From Octopus vulgaris (taxonomy: Eukaryota), in contig OX597820.1 of NCBI GenBank assembly GCA_951406725.2, positions 10,788,001-10,852,000 on the forward strand: DNA of 64,000 nucleotides. Direction: 5' to 3'. Positions 41,470-57,067 of the stretch are shown here, piece after piece; the stretch's first letter is position 1; each line of letters starts with the position of its first letter. The notes beneath the pieces are model-generated. The model was given only the letters and a program-made list of their open reading frames with translations, was not told the origin of the DNA and searched no databases. A program made the position numbers and the translations under genes.

Positions 41470-41697
41470 CATTTCTTTATTACCCACAAGGGGCTAAACA
41501 TAGAGGGGACAAACAAGGACAGACAAAGGTATTAAGTCGATTACATCGACCCAAGTACGTAACTGGTACTTAATTTATCGACCCCAAAAGGATGAAAGAC
41601 AAATTCGACCCCGGCAGAATTTGAACTCAGAACGTAACGGCAGACGAAATACGGCTACGCATTTCGCCCGGCGTGCTAACGTTTCTGCCAGCTCGCT
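41470..41697 (-). mobile_element. SINE family B
   Basis: Family match. Confidence 0.85.
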
Positions 41698-42249
41698 ACA
41701 TAAACAAGAAACAGTTATATAAACCGCAAACATAGGAATCGCTTCAGAATTACCTCATCATACTATTCTCCTGCAATGTAGCATAACGACTCCCATACCA
41801 CTGAAATTCTATTGAAACTTGGATCTACATCAACGGATTTAAAGTAGAACCTACCAACTTTGCAGCTTCTTTTCTTAAAATCAAAGACAGGATAATTAAA
41901 TACAAGCCTTCATTAGTTCAGCTACGTTTCTCATCTTAAAAAATCAATCGTGTTATTCTGGCTGGTCTTCATCCCTACGTCGGCTCTAATAGAGATGAAT
42001 TACACACAACGTCATTCCCACCGTGGCCATCTGACTGAATGTTATTGACTTGAATTATTCATTGTGCCCTACACATTTTTAAAGACTATATGGGAATATA
42101 GGAAAAGGGGAATATTTGATATTCCGTTGCACATCTAAACAAAACAATGAATGATATAATATATGATGTTATCGTTTAACCGAAGCTCATATTCCACACA
42201 GCAGTCCAGCCAGTTACCCTTGTGTCTGTTTGCAAGGTATAATGCATAT

Positions 42250-42470
42250 ATATTTTCTTTATTGCCTAAAGGGGGTTAAACACACAGGGGACAAACAAAG
42301 GGATTAAGTCGATTATGTCGACCCCACTGCTTAACTGGTACTTATTTAATCGACCCAGAAAGGATGAAAGGCAAAGTCAACCTTGGCGGAATTTGATCTC
42401 AGAACGTAACGGCAGACGAAATACCGCTAAGCATTTCGCCCGGCATGCTGACGATTCTGCCAGATTGCCG
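42250..42470 (-). mobile_element. SINE family B
   Basis: Family match. Confidence 0.85.
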
Positions 42471-42502
42471 CAAGGTATAATGTATATATATATATATATA
42501 TT

Positions 42503-42559
<57 letters not shown>

Positions 42560-42705
42560 GGTTAAGTAATTCAGATTCTAGTGAATTCTAAAGAATTCAC
42601 ATGAATATGGTCCTTAACTACGATGCACCGGATATCTATATGGTGTTAACCACACGACAAGTGGGGTGATTATAAATAGGAAAAAGCAACAAGAATGGAT
42701 TAAAA

Positions 42706-42793
42706 TCTCGGTACGATCGTTTCGTACGAGGACATCTTTAATAAGCTACAAAAAATGCAGTGAATACAGATGGCTCGTACTCGTCAGCCGAAA
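42706..42793 (-). ncRNA. Type I hammerhead ribozyme within TA-flanked element 42557-42925
   Basis: RC: TTTCGG-CTGACGA-GTACGAG...CTCGTAC-GAAAC-gatc-GTA-CCGAGA; all three stems pair; palindromic stem III. Confidence 0.8.
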
Positions 42794-42924
42794 AAAATAT
42801 CAGAGAATTCCCAAACATCAAAAGGGGTAGATACAAAAGAGGTTGTAAGATTAACTGCATTGAAGAAAGTTCGATTCATGGAGATCCGATGAAAGGTTTT
42901 CAACCTATAGAATTTATGCATGTC

Positions 42925-43336
<412 letters not shown>

Positions 43337-43877
43337 CCAGTTCGTCCGATGGTATGGTATAAAATGAAGGGTATTTAGCTGGTATATCTAACATACCGAA
43401 CGATTATGCAGTTGTAGTTAATGGAATTTAAAGCTAAAATGAGACTGACAGAAAAAAAATACGCCTTGTGGTCGTGGGGGGAAAACCGTTAACGACATTA
43501 CATAATTTAATGATAGTAACATATTTTCAATGTGTGTTAGTCTAGAACAGTTGTATGTTATCTGTTGTGTCGGAAGCTCTATCCACTTAATGTGAAAGCT
43601 GAATCTATAAACTAATTCTGGTTTATTCGTTTATGTATTTACGCATTTAAAAGTACATTTTCCGCTAAACCTAGTAAATATTAATGATTTGTTGTTCAAC
43701 GAAGAATATTGAAAGCGATATAATCATTAGTGTACAAAATCGGTTTGTTGATTAGCATTATCCTTGTGACAATACACGTTGAGGAGAGTTTAAATTTCAT
43801 TGATAGAATTAATTGGGCGTTGGTGGAATAAGAGTGGTATGGAGATGATACTGAGGCAACAGTTGAAATTGTAAAGA

Positions 43878-43944
<67 letters not shown>

Positions 43945-45184
43945 GAAAAAACACCTTTAATAACGAAAAATTAAATTGCACCATCTAGAAAATTACATAT
44001 AGAAAAATTAAATATAAGATAAATAATATAACGATGATTAAGTAATGTGCAAAATAATAAATAAAAGGTATATATTATAATTATTATTATTATATATATA
44101 CATATGCAATCATTACATCAATTTATATGTAGTGCCATCATCAGTTGCACAAATAATTAAATGAATTTTAACAAGTAGGACACATTAATATAATTTTTCT
44201 CAAATATTTTAACAGAGCAAGAAAATGGAAGAAATTCATTTTGTCGCTATTGTAGCTAAGAATAGACAGCATTTCCAAAAATCTCATGAAGCTTATGCCG
44301 GTCATAGTGTTGTAAGGGATTGTAATTCATTTCTAATTCATTTGTCACTTTATCAACTATTAAATCTAAGACTAGAAGACTGTCTATTTTGAATAAAGGA
44401 AAAGAGTAAGTTGACATCTTATGGCTAGGTATGGTCATAAATATTATCATAAGTATCTCTCCCCCTCAAAGAGGAAATAAGACATTAGGAGTAGTCAATT
44501 GGATATAAGTAATTGTCTATAAATAAAACCGAGTTGGGTTAGACTTTAAATCATGATATTAATTACCAGTTAAAGGGGCAAGACGCTAAGGAACCTAAAA
44601 TGTTAATACAGAGGAAATTTTATGTTGATGTACTATGGGTGATTGTTTATACACAATAAGGTTATGTTGTATAAAAATAGAATTAAAGAATTTGAAACAT
44701 GATATCATAACCAAAATAGGTGAAAGGTGTATATATATATCAATTATAAACATTAAAAAGGAAACATTATATAGAATCAACTTAATATTCATTCATGGAC
44801 TTAATTAATTATTACGTGCTTTCTAAAATGACTGCACAGGGCATTTACTTATGGAATAACTGCAAAGATATATATGCTATCTATTAATTTTAAGCCATGA
44901 ATTAGAAAAAAGTAAAGATGTACATAGACAAACGCACATTTATATACGTGCATATATGTATTATACACATACACAAATATTTATACGTTAATATGGATAT
45001 AGTATAACTATCTCGCATAGACTTAAGTATCTATATATGTATATGTATATATATGTGTGTATGTATATCTATTTATCTCTCTCTCTATCTCTCTATCTAT
45101 CTATCTCTCTATCTCTCTATCTCTCTATCTCTCTCTCTATATATATATGTATGTATGCATATATATATATATATATATATGCAT

Positions 45185-45261
<77 letters not shown>

Positions 45262-45331
45262 GGAGTAAGCACATAAATATGAAACAAGGGGGGAAAAGAG
45301 TACTGAAATACCAGAGGTAGAGTAATATGCT

Positions 45332-45452
45332 TTATTTAAATGCAGCAGAAATATGACATAAGCTGTTACTCAGAGTTCCACGTTCCCATTCGAACGGGAG
45401 CGTGAAACTCCGAGTAACTGCTTTTATCATATTTCTGGTGCATTTAAATAAT

Positions 45453-45484
<32 letters not shown>

Positions 45485-45583
45485 TATTTAAATGCAGCAG
45501 AAATATGACAAAAGCAGTTACTCAGAGTTTCACGCTCCCGTTCGAATGGGAACGTGGAACTCTGAGTAACAACTTATGTCATA
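45332..45583. repeat. Nested inverted repeats (double hairpin) containing HHR half-motifs
   Basis: Hairpin 45332-45451 and its inverted copy 45484-45583 around a TA tract. Confidence 0.85.
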
Positions 45584-45935
45584 ATATATATATTATAAGG
45601 CTATGGCCCTTTACTGGTGTAATTACTATCGGCTTGATCACAAATTCATGACTTACGATAATGACCATATATATTTTTCATGATAATCCTCACGTATATT
45701 GTTTAGGATGAAGTAAGAGTTCTTGTTAGCAATGTGGTTTCAAATTGTCGTAAGCAAAATCTTGATATTATGACAACGATTCAAGTGTGTAACAAACACC
45801 CTCAAGACAAATGCACTTGTTGGCAACGTGTTATAAACCTCGGACGTTTTTGTGTGCCACACAAAAACACGCGTATATATAGACATTCATGTATACGTGG
45901 GTGTGTGGATATATGTATATACACAAGTGTGTATG

Positions 45936-46008
<73 letters not shown>

Positions 46009-46162
46009 AAAGAATGGAGTCGAACGAAGATGTTAAGAAAATTCCTTTACTCTCGACACATGTTTCGAAGACAGCATTTTCTGACGTGAATTTGCTACCC
46101 AGGTTTCGGTTAAACGAATTTTCCATGCTGACGATAGACATAGAATAATTCATTCATCTACT

Positions 46163-46212
<50 letters not shown>

Positions 46213-46325
46213 GATATACACATATATATAATGATATACACATATATATAGCTCAGCAAAAATTTAGATTCAGATGAATATGGTACTTAAAGGCACCAGA
46301 ATTTGGTGTGGTATTATCTATATAA

Positions 46326-46543
46326 ATCAAATGGTGTGATTATAATCAGAATAAGCAACAAGGATATCCAAAAGTTGTGTAGTACAATCGTTTCATGCTA
46401 CTTCATTTAATTAAACAATGTACATTTTAAAACTGATGTTTATACTTACAGTATTTAATTAAATGAAGTAGCATGAAACGATTGTACTACACTACCTTTG
46501 GATTTCCTTGTTGCTTATTCTGATTATAATCACCCCATTTGAT
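46326..46543. repeat. Inverted repeat, ~90-bp arms, HHR 3' half in each arm
   Basis: Arms 46326-46415 / 46454-46543; GAAACGATTGTA. Confidence 0.85.
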
Positions 46544-46646
46544 ACATATATATATATACATATATTTTTCACGGAAATTGTGTAGAGGCTGCTGTATACA
46601 TACACACTTACACACACATGTATAGTTATATGTATACGTATATGTG

Positions 46647-46886
<240 letters not shown>

Positions 46887-47771
46887 TAGACCTACATCTG
46901 TTTGCCTGAGTGCGCTTGTGTCTTTGTGTATGTTTTAATATGCTTCACCGCTACCTCGAAAAATAGGTGTTGGTTAATTTACGCCAGTGCAACATAGAAT
47001 TTTGATTAAAAGTCTGATATAATATGTACCAGAGTTTAAAAGAAAATAATTACTGGGTTCGATTTGTTGGACCACCAAAGCATGGCTATCGTCCACTGAA
47101 CGAAACAAGTAAAAAGATAAAAGATTAGAAAACATAGCGCAAGTTGAACCCCCGCCTTCATCGATGAAAACATTAGTTTTCTTCTTACACTAATAAAAAG
47201 AAAAAAACAAATGGATGGTTTGACCGGATTATTCGCCTCGTATTTTCCTTGATGAATAAACAGTACAAAGACATACTTGTCAATATTAAGAAAGATTTTG
47301 ATTGATAGAAACACACAGAGAGAACAACACAAAGCACTCGAATTGGAACACACAAAACAACAGAGACACTTGCACACAGACATACTCAAGTACTAACGAC
47401 TAACATCAAAACGCTCTGAAGAAATATAAATTCAATGCTTTTTACTTTCTTCATCGGTTACCAATAATATTCTATTTCATAGAGCGCTAAAGATTTTCCC
47501 ATTTACATAAGACGAAGCAAAGAGGCAGATGACTTTGCCAAGGCTGAAGCCCGGTGTCAGCGAACGGACATTAATGGCGAATACTTGGCCTGTAGGCGAT
47601 ATATCACGCATTCACTTACTCCCTGATTCACTCACACACTCTCGCCCCAACTCTCCTCCCTCTCTCTGTTTATGTGTGTAGATACATACATGCATATATA
47701 TATATATATACATGTATATATATTTCTAAGCATATATATATATATATATATGCATAATATATATATACACA

Positions 47772-47819
<48 letters not shown>

Positions 47820-47844
47820 GCATACAAATATATATTATTTATAT

Positions 47845-47882
<38 letters not shown>

Positions 47883-48106
47883 TTTCTTTATTCTTTAACA
47901 ATATAATATCTACATATATATATACATATATATATACATACATATATACACACACATATATATAAATGTCTATATATATATATGTATTACAAATATGTAT
48001 ACGTATATATAGATGTAAATATACACACATATGTGTGTGTGTAGGTATATATGTGTGTGTAAATATACGCATACCTGTCTATATATATCTATTTATGTAT
48101 ATATGT

Positions 48107-48147
<41 letters not shown>

Positions 48148-48489
48148 AATTTATATGCACGTATGTATATTATGCGCAAAATATTACTACGTATTATTAG
48201 TATACACATACATACATATATATATACATATGTTATATGCATGCACGCGTTTGGCGCGCGTGCGTGTGTGTGTGTGTGTGTTTGGCATGTGTGTGTGTGT
48301 GTGTATGTGTGTTGGTGAGCTCAATTGATTATTAGACTAAAAAGCTGGACGCATTCACAAAGTGCTTCAATAGGTTTATTGTTATGGATTCTTTCAAACT
48401 AAAAGCGTGAATGTTTATTGGCAATATTATAGAAAAAAGGAGGGAGCTGATGCTGAACCGCTAAGTGGAACCAAGGAGAAAAGATTGAC

Positions 48490-48528
<39 letters not shown>

Positions 48529-48771
48529 AGTCTATTGCTATCGTTTTGCTGTTGTTACTGCTGCTGCTGCAGCTGATGAGGATGATGATCTTGATGCTAC
48601 TACTACTGCTACAGGTAGTAGTAGAAGTAGTAGTGGTTGTTGTTGCGGTGATGGTGGTGGTGGTGGTGGTGATGGTGTTGGTTGTGGTGATGATAACATA
48701 ATTGAGCAACAAGGGAAATAGCAGGAAGAATATGAGATGAAATGGTCGTAAAACTCATGATAAATGTGATA

Positions 48772-48854
<83 letters not shown>

Positions 48855-49478
48855 CGTGTGCGTGTGTGTGAACATGAGCTGATATGGCAAGAATCGGAGG
48901 GAATGGGCGAAAAATAGGAAATAAATTAAAACGGAGAAAAAATGGAAGGAAAAGAAGCAGAAGAGGATTATGAAAAAAAAGAAAGAGAAAAGAAAGAAAT
49001 AAGTTGAAGGAGGAAGAAATATGGCGATCGGTATAATGGGGTGAAGGGAGAGGAGGATTCCCGAAAGGAGACTAATTAAATTCTTAGCCGCATCATATTG
49101 TGGCTACGCTTTCTCAACTTGGCAGAATCTATTTCATACATACATATACGTAGATATACATAGATATATATACAAAGTATGGGGGTTTAGTTCACAAGTG
49201 ATCTAAACGATTAGGTACGCTAGGTAAGTGCTGTAACGGATTACTAGGGCTCCAAGGTTATAGCCGTGACGATGGTTATGGAGCCATTGCAGATTTCCGA
49301 TATAGCGGATATATAATTGTTAGAGAGGACAACAAACGTTAAGGCAAACATCTCGGGTCATATAAAATATTATTACAAGAAGAAATTCAAAATCTTACAG
49401 CTGTTTCTGGGATATCCCCAAGCATGGGATATTCCAGCATCAGAGACAAATTGGGGAAAAAATATGAAAAATGAGAAT

Positions 49479-49543
<65 letters not shown>

Positions 49544-49637
49544 GGAAGGTTTACGAAAATAAACAAAAGACGAAGGCAGGTGCAGTACTAACAAACAAAT
49601 GTATTAGTATAGCGCTCAGGAATAGAAATAGAACAAG

Positions 49638-49675
49638 TCTTTTACGATTCGAGCCTACGCTCTTCGACAGAAAGA
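49638..49675 (-). ncRNA. Variant hammerhead motif (CUGUCGA), degenerate
   Basis: RC: TCTTT-CTGTCGA-aGAGC gtag GCTC-GAATCGTA-AAAGA. Confidence 0.4.
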
Positions 49676-50184
49676 TACACAGAAAAGAAACAAGGAGAGA
49701 AAAAAATGCGTGTAGGAGCTTACGATCCATCATTGCATCAATAAAATGACAGCATAGAGGAAGGGAGTAAAAGAATAAAGAGATGGGAAAAGAGAAGAAA
49801 AAAAACAGGCATAAAAGTTCATAGTTCAACTTTCCGAGGTTATAGAAACCAAAGCATGAGTCCTTAGGCGCAATCCTAGAAACAGCTGAAAGATTTTGAA
49901 TTCCTTCCTGTAATAATATTGTATATGACTTGAGATGTTTACCTTGCCTTAATGTTTGACGTCCTGTTTAACAATTATATATATATGTACATACATATAT
50001 ACATGCATAAATACATGCGCTGTTTATCTTGTCATGAGATCACCATTTCGCGCCCATATGGTTGTGATGCACACACCTGGTTTACGCTAATCGGACGGGT
50101 GGTCATGATGGGTATACTGGGCTTCGCGCATTCAACCTCAGTATCACTTTGAGTGCATGCGTTGCTCTCTCATACATACATATA

Positions 50185-50545
50185 GCATGGCTGTATGCTA
50201 AGAAGCCTGCTTCCCAATCACATAGTTCGGAGTTCAATACGACTGCGTAGCACCTTGGGCAAGTGTCTTCTATTATAGCCTCGGGCCGACCAAAGCCTTG
50301 TGAGTGGATTTGGTAGACAGAAACTGAAAAAAGCCCGTCATGTGTGTGTGTGTTTGTTCCAGGATCATCGCTTGACAACCGATGTTGGTGTGTTTATCTC
50401 CTCGTAAGTTAGCGGTTCAGCAAAGCAGACCGATAGATTAAGAACTTTGGCTTAAAGAATGAGTCCTAGTGTCGATTGTTCGACTAAAACCCTTTAAGGT
50501 GCTGCTGTAGAAAGTTCGAATGACTGAAACAAGTAAAAGAAGAAT
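50185..50545 (+). mobile_element. SINE family A
   Basis: Family match. Confidence 0.8.
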
Positions 50546-50634
50546 ATATATATAGTTACAACTTATAAAGGACGAAGAGAGGTGAAGGAACAAGCAGGTG
50601 TAATAGTTTAACGCTCGGGAAGAATGGAAAAGTT

Positions 50635-50668
50635 TTTGACGTTTCGAACCTATGCTCTTCCTCAGAAA
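50635..50668 (-). ncRNA. Minimal type I hammerhead
   Basis: RC: TTT-CTGAGGA-aGAGC atag GTTC-GAAACGTC-AAA. Confidence 0.6.
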
Positions 50669-50758
50669 GGATTAAGAGGGGGAGAAACGAATAAGAATGA
50701 AAAGAAAATGGAGAGAAATACAAAACGTGTAGGACGTAACGGTCCAACACGATGAAAT

Positions 50759-50796
<38 letters not shown>

Positions 50797-51130
50797 GGGG
50801 GGATCCAGCGTGTATGTGTATATATATATATGTGTATGCGTGCGTATGTATATGTATGTATATATGTGTGTATATGTGTGTGCATGTGTGTGAGTGAGTG
50901 CGTGTATGGAGGTATGTAGTTTAATGATCTGCTTTCTTACAAAGCTGCAGTTGTTATACGTTTGGTGTTTGGCCTTTGAAGAAATACTGAGGTGATGCAT
51001 TGAAGCAATCGTACGATCATAATGCATCGCCTGGTTAATAGAATCAATATTGACCAAAGTTTGATCAATAGCCTATTGACCTCTTGCCTTATTGATATTC
51101 TGCTGTCCAAGCGTGTCTATCTGTGCGTAA

Positions 51131-51196
<66 letters not shown>

Positions 51197-51198
<2 letters not shown>

Positions 51199-51952
51199 TC
51201 TTTACTCTTTTACTCTTTTTACTTGTTTCAGTCATTTGACTGCGGCCATGCTGGAGCACCGCCTTTAGTCGAGCAAATTGACCCCGGAACTTATTCTTTG
51301 TAAGCCCAGTACTTATTCTATCGGTCTCTTTTGCCGAACAGCTAAGTGACGGGGACGTAAACACACCAGCATCGGTTGTCAGGCAATGCTAGGGGGACAA
51401 ATACAGACACACAAACATATACACACACATATATATATACATATATACGACAGGCTTCTTTCAGTTTCCGTCTACCAAATCCACTCACAAGGCATTGGTC
51501 GGCCCGGGGCTATAGCAGAAGACACTTGCCAAAGATGCCACGCAGGAGTGGCTCTGTGGTAAGTAGCTTGCTAACAATCCACATGGTTCCGGGTTCAGTC
51601 CCACTGCGTGGCATCTTTGGCGAGTGTCTTCTGCTATAGCCCCGGGCCGACCAATGCCTTGTGAGTGGATTTGGTAGACGGAAACTGAAAGAAGCCTGTC
51701 GTATATATGTATATATATGTATGTGTGTGTATATGTTTGTGTGCCTGTGTTTGTCCCCCTAGCATTGCCTGACAACCGATGCTGGTGTGTTTACGTCCCC
51801 GTCACTTAGCTGTTCGGCAAAAGAGACCGATAGAATAAGTACTGGGCTTACAAAGAATAAGTTCCGGGGTCGATTTGCTCGACTAAAGGCGGTGCTCGAG
51901 CATGGCCGCAGTCAAATGACTGAAACAAGTAAAAGAGTAAAAGAGTAAAGAG
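51197..51952. repeat. ~755-bp palindrome of two head-to-head SINE A copies
   Basis: Arms 51197-51545 / 51604-51952 nearly identical. Confidence 0.95.
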
Positions 51953-52142
51953 TATATATATATATATGCAGCTATAGGGGTGCGGGTGTAACTGTGTGGT
52001 AAGAAGCTTGTTGCGCAATCATTTGGTTCCAGGGTCAGTCCCAACGTGTGACACTCTGAGCAGATGTTTTCTAGTATAATCTCAGACAGACCAAAGCCTT
52101 GTGAGTGGATTTGGTACACGGAAAATGAAAGAAGCCTTGTCG

Positions 52143-52182
<40 letters not shown>

Positions 52183-52278
52183 TTAATCCAAACGGGAAAA
52201 CAGAAAAAACAACAATACGTGGAACAATTACAGTATTATTATTATTAGGCGCTCAGGAAAATGGAAGAAGGAGGGTAT

Positions 52279-52305
52279 GACGTTTCGAGCGGAGCTCTTC
52301 GTCGG
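52279..52305 (-). ncRNA. Variant hammerhead motif (CCGACGA core)
   Basis: RC: CCGACGA-aGAGC tcc GCTC-GAAACGTC. Confidence 0.4.
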
Positions 52306-52937
52306 AAACATAAGAGAAAGAAAGAAAGATCCCGAGACGGGAGGACAGAGGAAAAAAATTGCAGGTCGTCTTCACGAGGTCACATACTGAAAAGACGGAA
52401 GTAGTAAAAAAGTAGGAAAATGTTTTTTAAAAACAGGAGAGCTGAATCAATGAGGGAATGGTAAAAAAGGTGTTGCGAGAGGACGGTGTGTGTGTGTGAG
52501 TGTTCGTGTGTGTGTGTGTGTGTATGGTGGACAATGGCTAGTAGCAAGCAGTAGTAGAATTAAAGGAGTGGTGTGAGGGTACCCTAGCAAGTCAGAAAGG
52601 CAGATCAGAAGCAGGGAGGTATGTGTGTGTGCGTGTGTATGTATGTGTGAGTGTGTGCGTGTGTGTATGTGTGTGTATATATATATGTGCGTATGTGTGT
52701 GTCTATTTGTCTGTGTCTATGTTTGTCAACCCTACCACATGACAACGGAAGTTGATTATTGAGGTCGCCGTAATAGGAATAAGTCCCAGGTTTTTTAAAA
52801 GCAAAGTACTGGGATCGATTCATTCCATTAAAAATGTTTTCAAGAGGGCGCCCCAGCATGGCCACAGTCTAATGTCTGAAACAAGTAAAAGGTAAATGAT
52901 AAAAGATACACATATACATATTTGCCTCTGTGTGTTC

Positions 52938-53008
<71 letters not shown>

Positions 53009-53417
53009 CGTGCATTTCTTTATGCTCTCGATCTTTCAGTTGTTTGACTACGTCTATGCTCGGGCCCCCTCCCCGCGAAGGGTTTGGTCGAACCGGTTGA
53101 CACCATACATACTTTTCTAAATCTGGAATTTATTTTTCCGGCTTCTTTTGCCGAACAGCTAGTCGCCTAGTACTTAGTCAGCGCACACACGCACACACAC
53201 ACACACACACACATCACTCACACACATACATACATACACACATACATACATACATACATACATACATACATACATACATACATACATACTTACATATATA
53301 TATATATATAAGTATATATATTTTAAAAGCGGAGAATATAGCTCACTTGGAGCATAACAACTCCAATCTGTATTTTATTTGCGAGTATTGTTAACACTAG
53401 CAACTCAAAATAAAGCA

Positions 53418-53474
<57 letters not shown>

Positions 53475-53477
<3 letters not shown>

Positions 53478-53612
53478 GACGAGCTTCTTTCAGTTTCCGT
53501 CTACCAAATACATTCACAAGTCTTTGTTCGGCCCAAGGCTGTAGTAAAGGATACTTGCACAAGGTGCCACGCAGTGGGACTGTACCCGGAACCATGTGGT
53601 TGGGAAGCTTCT
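53475..53612 (-). mobile_element. SINE family A 5' part
   Basis: Family match. Confidence 0.8.
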
Positions 53613-54225
53613 TATCATATGTATGCATGTATATATGCATGTATGTATGTACACATATACAGACGACGCGCTTCGCATTGTTTCCGGAACAGGACTACAG
53701 TAGAACCTATAACCACTTTGTCGTAAAGTGTGTTTCACAACCTCATAGCCAGGCCTGCAACTGTAGCACACAAACGCATACAGATATGTGTGTGTGTGTG
53801 TGTGCATGAAAAAGTAACGCAATAAGTCGAAAAGAAATTGCTCAGGAAAGAACAGCAAAAATGAAACCAACGAACAAAACCTCATAACGTAAAATGATTT
53901 TCGTCCAACCGTCGGCTGGATGTCATTGCCATATCAACATCTTCCGGAAATATTGGTAAAATCCAGTGTTGTCAGAAGCTTGAAGCTGCTACGGTTACAG
54001 ATGCCTGGACACGAAAATAGATCACTGACAGAAAAATGTCTATGGAAGATCGTTAAAGAGACAGAAAATAGGAACTGTGAGAAACACACGCAAAAGCACA
54101 CAGGAATACAATCATATTTCATATATACACAAGTATATGAATATATGTTTGGGTATGTGTGTGGGTGTGAGTGTGCGTACATACATGCACATATATACAT
54201 ACATACATACATATACATAAATATA

Positions 54226-54413
54226 TATAATCAAAATAAGCAACAAGGGTATCCAGAGGTAATGCAGTACGATCGTTTCATGCGACTCTAGATATCCTTG
54301 TTGCTTATTTCGATTGTAATAACCCAATTTTGAATTATATGGATAATACCATACTAAATTCTGGAGCCTTTAACTTAAGTACCATATTCAGCTGAATCTA
54401 AATTTTACTGAAC
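54226..54413. mobile_element. Inverted HHR-tail fragment related to 42557-42725 and 46252-46415
   Basis: Arms 54226-54258 / 54286-54318; GTACGATCGTTTC half-motif. Confidence 0.7.
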
Positions 54414-54419
54414 TTATAT

Positions 54420-55534
<1,115 letters not shown>

Positions 55535-55559
55535 AATGAAAATATGTATAATATAATCT

Positions 55560-55915
55560 CGTCGTGGTAGTCCGTCTGACCAACGGAACAGCTTGCTCGT
55601 GAAATTAACGTGCAAGTGGCTGAGCAATCCGCAGACACGTGTACCCTTAATGTAGTTCTCGGAGATATTCAGCGTGGCACAAAGTGTGACAAGGCTGGCC
55701 CTTTGAAATACAGGAACAACAGAATCATGAAGAAAGTGTGAGAGAAAGTTGTGATGAAGGGGTACAGCAGGGTTCGCACCCCTACCCCCGCCGCAATCTC
55801 GTCGAGCTTTAGGTGTTTTCGCTCAATAAACACTCGCAACGCCCGGTCTGGGAATCGACACCGCGATTCTACGACCTCCAGTCCGCTGCCCTAACTACTG
55901 GGCCATTACGCCTCC
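55560..55915 (-). mobile_element. SINE family C
   Basis: Reverse-complement match to 36229-36510. Confidence 0.85.
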
Positions 55916-55972
55916 ACAATATAATAGAATATAATAAAAGAACGAACAGCTTAAGACATTAAATCATTTAAA

Positions 55973-56212
<240 letters not shown>

Positions 56213-56798
56213 CAGACAGCCAGGAGAATCTGCAAGATGAAAGTTGACAGTGATCTCTCATAGACATCCAAGAAGTTCATACTGTGCTGTCGTTGTCTGA
56301 GGCCAGAATTTGAGTTGTTCTGCTTTTTTGGTTTAACCTAGCTACGTAAGTACAATTGTCGAAATCACTAGTCAAAACCTCGCAGGAAAGGGAGTGGAAA
56401 ATGCAGGTAGGTCTTTGACAACTTTTTCTTTGAATAAGAGTTTAATAAAAGCATTTAAAAGCATTGACCTAGTATATATATATTTATATACATGAAGATA
56501 GGTATGGTCGGTCTATGAAGATACCATGAGTTTCACGTACTTATAGTTCCTAACTTTAAGGCGTTTCTTCAGAACATGAGCCTATGGCCTCTATTTTCTA
56601 GAGATGTCACCTACTAGAGAAGCCATAGGCATAGGGTATGATGAAACACTGTATATCTAAGCGCTTTATGGACTTAAAACCCTGGGTAACCCCATAGACC
56701 GGCCGTCTTTATCTTTATCTAAATACTCTACTGCTCTATAACTTTGAGTGTGCTTCTTTTTCCGGATTTATGATTTACTGATGATATATATATATGAA

Positions 56799-57027
56799 GG
56801 GCGGCGAACTGGCACAATCATTAGCATACCGGGCAAAATGCTTAGCGGTATTTCGCCCGTCGCTACTTTCTAAGTTCAAATTCTGCCGAGGTCGACTTTG
56901 AACTTTCATCCTTTCGGGGTCCATTAAATAAGTACCAGTCACGCACTGGAGTCGATGTAATCGACTTAATCCCTTTCTCTCTCCTTGTTTGTCTCCCACT
57001 ATATTTAACCCCCTTTGGGCAATAAAG

Positions 57028-57030
<3 letters not shown>
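56799..57030 (+). mobile_element. SINE family B
   Basis: Family match. Confidence 0.85.

Positions 57031-57067
<37 letters not shown>

Noticed and set aside
53885-53935. HHR-like hairpin followed by GAAA on the minus strand
   Set aside because: Core too degenerate (no CUGA); stem III does not form
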